NCBI GenBank assembly: GCA_003427395.1
Contig: BFEA01000020.1
Location: 3,467,840-3,531,839, forward strand
Reading direction: 5' to 3'
DNA length: 64,000 nt
Origin: Chara braunii
Lineage: Eukaryota > Plantae > Charophyceae
A model generated the notes under the pieces. The model saw nothing but the letters and a program-made list of their open reading frames with translations, did no database searches and had not been told where the DNA came from. Below are positions 51,117 to 64,000 of this stretch, one piece after another; position 1 is the stretch's first letter; each line of letters begins with the position of its first letter. Made by a program: the position numbers and the translations under genes.

Positions 51117-52217
51117 ACCACCACTCTGTCCGACAGGTCGAAATTGCGCCTACCGGTAGGTGGATTTTCCGAAACGGCAACCGGATTACCATAAGGCGAG
51201 CGGACTACCGGGTGACCCTTTTCCTCAGTCCCTGTCGGCGGGCCCAGCAATTGCTGGCATATATTTCTGTTATTTGTTTTTTTTTTTGAATTTGAATGGG
51301 CAAAAAAAAAAAAAAAAAAAAAAAAAAGAAGAAACGGTGTCCAGACCGGGTGACCCTTTTCCTCAGTCCCTGTCGGCGGGCCCAGTAAAAAGTCGTGTAT
51401 GTTTTTGTTGGAATTTGAATGGGCAAAAAAAAAAAAAAAAAAAAAAAGGGAAAGAATTTTCGGATGGATCCCTGCCAGGGGCCGAGGTCGTTGCGGCCTC
51501 ATCGTAGATAGAAATCCAGTTACGGCCGGATCCCGCTGGCAAGGACGATTGGGATGACTGTCTGAATCTGGACGTGTGCCACGCAGATATGCAGAAAAGC
51601 AGATCAACACTGTTTTCTGCACCTTGCCACTAGGACGTCCAAATTCAGATAGTCTTGGCAATGGTCTTTGCCTATGGGAAAACCCCTCAGTATATCTCCG
51701 CGACGGAGGGCCTCACTGCACTACTCTCGACATGCACAAAAGACAAATCTTGGCGGTGTATCTTTTTGAAATGTAGTGCAAGATTCACTCTCGTTTTGCA
51801 CATTTCGAGAGTAGTGCGGCGAGGCCCGAAGCCATTACGAGCAAGCTGGGTATCAATTTTTTTTTTCGCCCTAAGTCGTTTTTTTTTTTCGGCCTCACCT
51901 TCTATGCGTGTGGATGCCGAAACGTGCGGTGGGAATAAACGAGGCCCATGAAAAAAAGAAAACTGACAAGTCATTCACAAAAAAAAAATTACATATATTA
52001 ATAAAACAAACAATTCGAATGTGTTTTGGAAAAGTGGCGGCCGCGACTGTTCCCGCCTTCGAAAGCAGGGAATACTACCTACGGCCCAAAGATGCCACAG
52101 GTTCCGACTTTCCCACGACACTGGCCCTGCTGTTTCGCCCACCGGTCGCCGCCCTACCTAAATATTCGCCCGGACTCACAGCAGGGGCTATTTCCTCCTG
52201 TCGGACAGAGTGGTGGT
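51117..52217. mobile_element. Non-autonomous TIR DNA transposon flanked by TTAA
   Basis: Perfect 21-bp TIR ACCACCACTCTGTCCGACAGG, TTAA on both sides, internal ~138-bp tandem duplication. Removal restores the Gag zinc knuckle. Confidence 0.92.
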
Positions 52218-55200
52218 TTAATTGCGGTGAATATCGCCATCACCAGTTCAAATGCAAGAACGCGAAAGTCTCTCTAAAGATTCCTCCCAAAGGTGGTTTT
52301 GGGGGATCTTTCACCCAGAGTGGTGCCTCTACGAGCTCCAATCAGGGCAACACATCGGCCAGTAGTAGTAGCTGCTTCTACTCACGCTGAAGTGGTTGAT
52401 GTACCCTTGCGACTTCAGGAGTTGGCCGAAGCTATCGACTCTCTAGTGACCTCGCAGATGCATCTGTACCAAACAATCTGTTCGTTAGATGTATCTCAGG
52501 CCTTAGAAGACTTGGAAACCGAGTGGTCGGCAAGGGACCCTCGTGAGTCTTGGGTGGCACTATCTAGAGGTCCTAGAGGGGAGCATTTCGTAGTGAAAGT
52601 CGATGTAGGTGGCCGCAAGTGTGATGCATTTGTAGACATTGGCTCCACGCGGAACTTCATAAGTCTCAACTGCGTTGACAGACTGCTTCTAGGGGACCGG
52701 GTGCAGCGCTTACGTAGATATGTAGCATCTATCCTCGCCAACAAAGAGCGCATGGTTGTAAATGACTACGTCAAGGACATAGTCTGCACCTTCTACTATG
52801 GAGGTGGGGAACTTAACCATAGGATTTCGTTCCTAGTTAGCAATAGTTTGTCATTTGACATGTTGTTAGGTATGTACTACCGCGAGGTTGCAAAGCCCCA
52901 AACCGACTGGGACGGAAAGTTGCTCAAGCATGTACTATCGGAAGGGAGGACAGTCAGACTCGCGAAGTACAAGCCTAGCAGTCTGATAGACACTTACGGT
53001 TGTTTGTGCATCAGCATTCTACAATTATTATAAACAAAACCAAGAGGAGGGTATGTACTTAGTTTTTGCCTTTTAGAAAGGGAAGGTCGTTAAAACACCC
53101 CCAGAGATAGAAATAGTTGTCGCTAAGTACCCTGATCTGTTCGAGGAGCCTTCAGGACTCGTAGACAGGGAGGTTATCCATGCCATAGTGATCATCCCAA
53201 GTAGCAAGACACCGAAGGGAAGAATCTATAGAATGGCTCCGACTGAGTTGGACAAGCTTCGTCGGCAGTTCAAAGAGCTCACAGAGAAGGGTTGGATTCG
53301 GCCTAGCACCTCCCCCTTCGGCTCACCAGTTCTATTTGTCCCGAAGAAGGGGGAGACACTGAGGATGTGCATTGATTATAGAGGCCTCAATGCCATCACC
53401 GCCAAGAACACAAAGTCTCTACCACACATCGACGACCTCTTGGATAGGGTGCAGGGATATAGGTACCTTACCAACATAGACTTAAAATCCGGCTACCATC
53501 AAATTGCCATTAGACCAGAGGACCAACACAATTCCACATTTCAGAGCAAGTACGAGTTTGTGGTGATGCCTTTTGGCCTTTGCAATGCGCCGAGAACATT
53601 CCGGCATGCCATGAATAGGGTCTTTCCTGACTATTTGGATAAGTTCATCATCGTGTACCTCGACGATATATTTATCTTCAATAGGATTGTCAACGAGCAT
53701 GCCCAACCATGTAGAAACCGCACTTCACTCCTACGACAACACAAGTATAAGATAAACTTAGAGAAATGTGAGTTCAATCGCACTAGAATCTTATACTTGG
53801 GTCATGAGATATCTGTGGAAGGAACTAGGCCCGAAGATGCAAAGGTGGCTAGCATTCGAGACTGGCCACAACCTCGGTTTGTGACCGAGGTCAGATCTTT
53901 CTTAAGGATGACTGGCTACTATCGCAACTTTGTGAAGAACTATATTTCGATGGCCGTCCCTCTGACTGATCTTACACGCCTTGACACACCATGGGAATGG
54001 GCAGACAAATGTAAGGTTGCTTTCAAAAGACTGAAGCATGCCCTCATGCATCATGAGGTTCTCATGGTCCCTGATCCGGAGAGGCCATTCGTTGTAACCA
54101 TTGATGCAAGCCAATATGGCATAGGCGCAGAGTTGGCCCAGCAAGAAGGGAAAACGTTGAGGCCCATCGAGTACATGAGCAAGAAGATGCCATCAAAGAA
54201 GTTGGCGAAGTCCACCTACCAAAGGGAACTCTACACCTTTTACAAGGCTCTTGTCCACTAGAGGCACTATTTGTTGGGACGGTTCTTCTACTCGAGAATT
54301 GACCATCATACACTCAAGTGGATCAAGACGCAGCCCGTTCTCTCCGACGCACTCAAACGCTGGATTAAAGTCATAGATTAATACGACTTCAAGCTAGACT
54401 ACGTCAAAGTAGAGTACAACAAGGTTGCTGATTCGTTATCCTGTAATGCAGATTACCTCAATCATTGGTGGATGCCTACAAGGAAGATCCTTTGATAATG
54501 GACATCATCCACAAACTAGATGTGAAAGACAAAGCAACATTTGATGAGTTTGTGATGGCGGATGGATTACTCTTCCTTGAAAAGGTAAGGTTCAAAAAAT
54601 TAGTTGTTCCATCTAATGAGATTTTGCGTAGTTTGTTTTTAGGCAAATGTCATGACGCGACTGGTCACTTTGGATATAAAAAGACCGGTGCTAATTTAGT
54701 ACAACAATTTTGGTCGCCTGGTATGATTGACGATGCGAAGATACGTACAAACTTGTCAAGTCTGTCAACGGGACAAGCCGCGTCCTCAAGCACCACTTGG
54801 GTTACTCAAGCCCCTGCCATTCCTGCAGGTGCGGGACAGAGTGTCGCCATGGATTTCATGGATACCCTCGTGACCAGCAAGAGTGGCAAGAGGCACATCT
54901 TCATCATAGTGGACAGGTTCACTAAGTATCCTAAACTAATAGCGATGCCTGAAACCGCAAGGATTGAACATGTCATCAAGTTATTCATGGACAACTGGGT
55001 GCGTGATTTTGGACTGCCCAAGTCTATTGTTAGTAACAGAGATGTTTGATTCACTAGCGAAGTGTGGAAGAAGGTTGCGAAACAAATGAACAGCCAACTG
55101 CAGATGACCTTTGGGAATCACCCTGAAGCCAACGGTCAATCAAAACAAATGAACCGCGTGGTGCAACACTTGTTGAGGCATTACATTAAGCCAATCCAGG

Positions 55201-55566
55201 ATGATTGGGATAAGAAGCTGCCTCTCATCGCCAATTTGTATAACAATGCGGTTCACAGCACCACAGGCGTCTGTTCGAACGAGCTGCATTTGGGATGGAA
55301 GCCAAGATCTGCACTAGACTTTCTCCTTCTTGAAAACTGTCCACTATGAAAAGTTGTTGCAGCAGACTGTCGAGCACATTAGGAAGTCTCAAGAGGCTAT
55401 GATTGCCTCTAAGAACAAACACAGACGACAGTCCACATTTCAGGTAGGGAACGTGTCTGGGTGAAGGCTAGCGAACTGGGTCAGGAATTTGGCATCTCTA
55501 GAAAACTAATGCCTCCATATTTCGGTCCTTGGGAAGTCCTGCATAAATGGGTAGTGATTTGGATGG

Positions 55567-58330
<2,764 letters not shown>

Positions 58331-58336
58331 CCCGAG

Positions 58337-58892
58337 GCAGGCAATGTGGACAAGCTGCTGCATTGCTGCGCAAGTGTCTGCATGGGCACTGCTGGTCGAA
58401 CGCATGCACGGGCGCTGAGGTGTGGGGCGCTGCAAGGGCAGCGGGCGCACAGAAGCCATAGCCGGGCTGCAGGGGCGCAAGGCAAGTGATGGCCAAGGTG
58501 GTCTTCAGGTAGGAGGCGCATGCTGTGGGGAGACAAGGGGTGATGACGAGAGGAGAGAGAACGTACCTGGTGTATGCTGGTGATTAGCATTGGTGTTGAC
58601 TTCACGTACATTGGTCTTCGACTTCAGAGTGATCCAATTGCGAGAACGTAGATAGGTTAGATAGGCTGAGTAGGATAGGCTGGGTGCTGGGCGCCAAACA
58701 GTAAGTGCGACATTGGATACAAAGTTGGAGTGACCAGAGAGTAGCGACATTGACATTCGAGTTAATTGTATGGCTCTTATTTGGACCGTATCTTGGTGCA
58801 TTGCACTCTCTGCTTGGTTCATGACTATCTGAGCTAATTCATGATTTTGCAACTTGGACTTCTGTATATCGCTCTCGCTCATATTCCTTGCA
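58337..58892 (+). repeat. Partial 3' LTR of element 3
   Basis: Homologous to 46176-46612 + 48058-48174; ends ATATTCCTTGCA. Confidence 0.88.
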
Positions 58893-59279
58893 GATATAAT
58901 TCTTATGTTACAAATAGAACCAAGTACAAAGCATAGTTATAATAATATTTTTACAATGCCTAGACTCTTTTGGTTTGTTCATTTGATAAACAGAATTCGT
59001 TCTTCAATAAAATCCAATACATTACCTTTATGTTCCTTAGCCTTTCATTTGATTGATAAAAAAAGAAAGGTGCAAAGCAATGAGTTTTTTTTCAATTTAA
59101 AAAAAAAAATCAAATTCGTGTTAGACTCATCTACGTGGGAGTGTTTTACAATGTTTAGCCCACACAATAAAGACACAGTTTCTATGACAGCTCCTGGAAA
59201 CATTGACGACACATGGCATGTTGCTGACATGTCATCAGTATGGAAGGCTGACGTGCACAGTTATTTAAGCATGGCAGAT

Positions 59280-59805
59280 CAAGGCCACAACGACATGCTG
59301 GGCAAGTAATAAAGGGTGGGGGGGATGAGCACAAGACAAGGGGTGTCGCATACCCAGATGGTGCAGACGAGAACCAAGAACCGACCTCTCATAGATAGAG
59401 CAAGATAGCACAGTGGAAGACTGGAATACCAATGATCAGACCCAATCAATGTCGAAATGCAGACTGGACATGCATCATCATCATCATCACATGGTGTGAA
59501 TGGCCTGGCGCCACACACAAGGACGAAGGTGCCAGGCACAGCCCATACACAGATGAGGAGGAGGGGGAAGAGACAAAGAAGAGGGGGGAGGAGATGAGAA
59601 TGTCGTCAACCCGAATGTCGCTGATATCAATCCCAAATGGTCCCCCACAACGTCTCTATCCAATGTCGAGTCTGAATCCCAATGTCGCCAATCCCTCCCT
59701 CCCTCCCTCCCTCCCNNNNNNNNNNNNNNNNNNNNNNNNNNNNNNNNNNNNNNNNNNNNNNNNNNNNNNNNNNNNNNNNNNNNNNNNNNNNNNNNNNNNN
59801 NNNNN

Positions 59806-59896
<91 letters not shown>

Positions 59897-61570
59897 CCTG
59901 ATAAGAAGAAGTCAAGGGTGCTGGAGGGGACAGAAGAAGGTGGTGGACTGGAGGAGGAAGAAGAAGATCTCCCTCTCTGTACCAGGTACTGACCTGAACA
60001 GGTGGCGCCTTGATGCAGGTACGGACGTACTGAAGAAGAAGCTGGAGTGATGGCGTCGCAGGTGAGTCTCAGGTAAGTTCCCTGGCCTCCGCCATAGTCT
60101 CTCTCCTCTCTCTGCACTACTCTAAGTCCTATCAGCACCCAGTGCTGGAAGACTACTGCCCTATCATAGACTACTACCCTGATGTCGTCCGAAGAGAAAC
60201 TCCACTCAATCCTCTACTGGATGGCTGGCTGAGGCTGGACCCAGCTACATGTAGCGCTGGGTCAGCCTCAGCTGCTGAGTCCTGGCGCCCAAACTGAGGC
60301 TGGGCCTCGAAAGTTTGGCGCCCAAACTGGGGCTGAGCCTCAATCGGCCAGGCGCCTACTGAAACGGCGCAGCCTCTGCCTCAGGGTCTGGGGCCAAAAT
60401 GCACATCACGGCCTGCGTCGTAAACAGGGCCTACAGGGCCTCTAACTGGTACCGGTCGGCCTAGCCTAACCTACAGCCCCTACGAGCCCTAATGCGGGCC
60501 GAAACGACACAGACCTGACTCTACTGACCCCTAGCCTACCTGGTCGGGCCCTGCTGGGCCCGTGTGGAACTGAGTATGCCACAAGGGGTCACAATTTTTG
60601 TGGGAGAGGCTAGCAGTGACCATCCCTTCATAGTGTTCGGAGCAGAGGCCATGCCATGTACATGCCAACCGAACTATACCTGTGCAATGACACAATGGGA
60701 GGGCACAGCCACCATCCTCTGGAGAGGTCCCTTTACTGTTTGTAGTAGAATCAGCCAGATTGTTCTCCGGGAGATGCAGTGCTTGCAAGTGCTCATCGAC
60801 ATAGTGTTTCTGCTGGACGAGCCAGACTGAGTGATCCTCCACTCGGTGACAGAAAGAGTTGATATTTCCCGCTGTGTGCACCCGCCTGCCATCGTCCCAT
60901 AAGGTCCATGAATTCTCCACAAAGGTAAGAGCACTGAAATGACCTGGACGATGTAAGATATATGCCCGAATATTCGGATACATATCTGGCACATGGTTTT
61001 GTGGAGCAGGATGGAATTGCAGTCACCTACCCATAAATGCCATAGACAGGACTTCTATGTTCACAACAAACAACGTCTGTGAAATCAGAAACAGTATAAG
61101 GGTTACAATTGCAACCAAGGAGACATACATGAATGGCATAGTACGCACAGCGGCCTCGCTGTAGCGCTATGACATCATCCGATTCCGCAGGTTGCGCGGC
61201 AGGTGGAGATTCGTTCAATTCTGCAGATTGCACAGGTGGTGAAGACTCATTGCGGTCTTGACCAATTGGCTCTAGTATGCACTCCAGAGAGAGATGATCT
61301 TCAGTCGGGGGCTCCATCAGGTAATCAGAAGACGGGTCATTGTCAGTTGGGGCAGGGGCACAAGCAGGGCTAGGTGGATGAGAGAGGGGCGGGTCAGGGG
61401 GGTGAGAAATGGGTGGACCAGATGCGGGAAGCGGAAGCTGATCAGCCACACTTGTGCTCAGAGCAGCTGCTAGTCGTGCAAACGCTGCACAAGTAGCTGC
61501 ACCTCATGTCTGTGGTGCACACGCAGGCCTGCAGCACTGAAGAAATCATCGCCACACAGGATGCATTTGA
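59280..61570 (-). pseudogene. Copy 2 of the Penelope-like element C-terminal region: zinc finger, Pro-rich linker, putative cysteine-protease domain, Cys/His clusters (interrupted by a solo LTR)
   Basis: 61203-61555 is homologous to copy 1 (41570-41630 + 42790-43072). It continues QRGRCAYYAIH ... HRPGHFSALTFVENSWTLWDD ... CALPLCHC...CTWHGLCSEH ... DDDDDACPVC. Confidence 0.62.
59495..60583 (-). mobile_element. Solo LTR of the element-4 family
   Basis: TGTG...CACA termini, no adjacent PBS or PPT, TSD ATGG/AGGG (1 mismatch). Removal restores the frame NCDP-CDDDDD. Contains N-gap 59716-59805. Confidence 0.85.
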
Positions 61571-62290
61571 GTGATGGGTAACGACTCACCACCTTGCCCA
61601 AACCTAGGGATACCCTACAGGAAAGTGATCCACTTTAGTCACACCAACCCTGCATTCGTAGCAGACTGTCTCGTTCCAACCCCAGTGTATCTGTGTGTGT
61701 CACCCCTTCACATGACAGCCGACATCTCAACAAATGTCCCCCGCTTTTGTCAGTCCGCTTAGCGCACACCTGCACAAACTGAACGACTGCTAGAGACTCC
61801 CCTTCCCCAAGAGAAAGGGGTCAAAAGCACAAACCTGGAACCACCCAGATCCATATACAACACTAGAAAAGAACACTGCTGTTTAAAGCATCATGTGCCA
61901 CTTCTCTGTGCTCTGAGGCAACAGCCTATAATAGGAATCTCGCCGCCAGCACATACCATAGGAGCCCACCAATTAGTGCCATACGACCAGGCAGCAACAC
62001 AGATCCATGGCACCTGACTGCCACCTAAAACTATGGGACGCCAACAGGCCGACTGCATAAAGCACCCTCAACCCCATCTCCATGTGCTCGAAACCACAGC
62101 CAATGGAAATCCCACCCATAGCACGTGCTGTGGCAGGTCATCAACAAAGACTTCAAGCTGCGGAACAGAAAACACACACCCATTCACAAAACAGAAAACA
62201 CACACGCATTCACAAAATCATGAAGAAAAGTAATGGAACATGCACACCATAAACCTGAGCAGAACCTGAAACTTCGCGCAGAACTAGTAG

Positions 62291-62358
<68 letters not shown>

Positions 62359-62696
62359 GTTTGCGTGACAGAGAGCACTCTGAGCCTTCCTCTCCTGAGA
62401 GGCTCCCTTTGCCTCCGTCGATTCCTCCTCTGAACGCAGAGAGACAGAACTGCTCACTGCACCCAGCACGTCAATCCACTCAGCGAAGCCAAGAGGTAGA
62501 TGAACCGATTGACCATCCAATCCGAGTTCTCGTGGCAGATATTCCTCATGTTTACCTCAAGTAATGGCGCGCAGTTCACCATAATAACCACACGCCTTTC
62601 TGGCTCAAAGTCGACCCCCCTGCAGAGCACGTCTGCAAGAAGAACGGACTAGCTATGCCTAGGCCTCTCTTTTCCCCAACTACTGTCTGTCCTCCC

Positions 62697-62803
<107 letters not shown>

Positions 62804-62979
62804 CATCCCCCGGTCAAGTCTTCAAGTGGAGCCAAAATGACATGGAACAGGACAGCACATGTCCTATTGGTGCCTTCCTTCGCCTGCGCCAAAATCGGCA
62901 CACACATTCTCATCAAGCATAATGTTAACTCCAAGTTACGGGCTTTCATTGGTTTATAATCAGATACTGCAAACTCGAG

Positions 62980-63113
62980 TAGATAAGTACGATGGGCATT
63001 GATATCTATGTGGATAAATCTCATCATTCTACTTCGCTACTCTTATAGATAAGTACGATGGGCATTGATATCTCTGTGGATAAATCTCATCATTCTACTT
63101 CGCTACTCTTATA
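62980..63113. repeat. 66-bp tandem duplication
   Basis: TAGATAAGTACGATGGGCATTGATATCT(A/C)TGTGGATAAATCTCATCATTCTACTTCGCTACTCTTA x2. Confidence 0.95.
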
Positions 63114-63284
63114 CTTCACATTGGTACCTCGCTTAGGTCATATTTAAACACTAATTAGATTCCAGAGATTGATTCACACGCAACTAGGTTGTGAGGTCAG
63201 GATCCATTGATAATGCCTGAAACCGTTAATCAGACTCGGGTTCAAATCCTCCCGCCCACAAAGTTCTGTTACGGGCAACCTGTC

Positions 63285-64000
63285 TATGGGCCTTGTTCCA
63301 CACCACTTCACTTCACTTGGAACTCGACGGCACACTCGGAGTTCTAATCGTGATTATGGGCCTAGTTCCACACCACTTCACTTGAAACTCGAGTGCACAC
63401 TCAAGTTGCGAAAGTGATTAAAAAATACCTGACGTTTCGTTCCACTCAACCCTCAAGTCCGGCCTTGAAATGAGCGGGAACAGCTCGCAACCCGAACAAT
63501 CACGTTAGAAAAAGGAGAATAAACGGGGAAAAAAAACTATCGGGGGGTTCTACACGTACCTGCAGCGTCGTTTTCAAGTGCAGCTCAAGTGTGCCCAGAG
63601 AGGTGACTTGAAAAACGGGTAGGTTTGCCTGGGCCGCACTTGAACCACCCTTGAGCCTTTCCCGACCGTTTGCTAAACCCGAAAGCCTAATCACGGTCGG
63701 GCCATGATTAGCGAAACTCAAGGGCACCGTGGAACGGTGTTGGGCAAGAAACCCTCGGGCCATGATTAGCGAAACTCAAGGGCACCGTGGAACGGTGTTG
63801 GGCAAGAAACCCTCGAGTTTCGAGTGGTGTGGAATGAGGCCCTATGAGCCACGTTCCATTCCGCTCGACCCTGAAGTTCGCCCTCGAAATGAGGGGGAAT
63901 GGTGCTGCAACAGCTCATGCGAGGCTCAACCAGGACAAACACCATAGAAAAAGAAGAATAAACGGGGAGGGTTCTACACACACCTGCAGTGCCGCTTTCA
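63285..64000. repeat. Complex repeat (direct, tandem and inverted sub-repeats), runs off the window end
   Basis: TATGGGCCT.GTTCCACACCACTTCACTT x2; 58-bp tandem GGGCCATGATTAGCGAAACTCAAGGG...AAACCCTC x2; GAAAAAG.AGAATAAACGGGG...GGTTCTACAC at ~63508 and ~63948; inverted TTCCACACCACT..GAAACTCGAG at ~63367 vs ~63812. Confidence 0.8.

Larger units (their letters stand above)
49415..55545 (+). pseudogene. gag-pol polyprotein of element 3 (degenerate, interrupted)
   Basis: Zinc knuckle CINCGEYRHHQFKC (after MITE removal); protease AFVDIGSTRNFIS; RT LRMCIDYRGLN, IVYLDDIFIF; RNase H DASQYGIGA; integrase GHFGYKKT, HPEANGQ, YFGPW. Confidence 0.94.

Noticed and set aside
63185-63260. tRNA gene
   Set aside because: Only a T-loop/B-box-like motif is present, with no acceptor, D or anticodon stems.

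Overview
Eukaryotic, repeat-saturated genomic DNA. The TE families and microsatellites suggest a streptophyte alga such as Chara braunii, but that is an inference. The only host-gene sequence I can support is two small minus-strand exons (40323-40422 and 26050-26107) of an IBR5-type dual-specificity phosphatase, so most or all of the 64 kb appears to be intron. It is filled with nested, mostly degenerate elements: one long and two 5'-truncated L1/Tx1-type LINEs, three Ty3/Gypsy LTR elements with tRNA-Met PBS (two with recognisable chromodomains), further Gypsy fragments, three solo LTRs, two hAT-type and three TTAA-flanked non-autonomous DNA transposons, a U6 snRNA pseudogene and a 248-bp near-perfect hairpin. 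The most novel item is a Penelope-like retroelement remnant present in two overlapping copies. After nested LTRs are removed, its reading frame appears to run from the RT thumb through a zinc finger into a putative Josephin/USP-like cysteine protease and further Cys/His clusters. The window also contains three long N-gaps and an Illumina Nextera mate-pair adapter assembled into the sequence.
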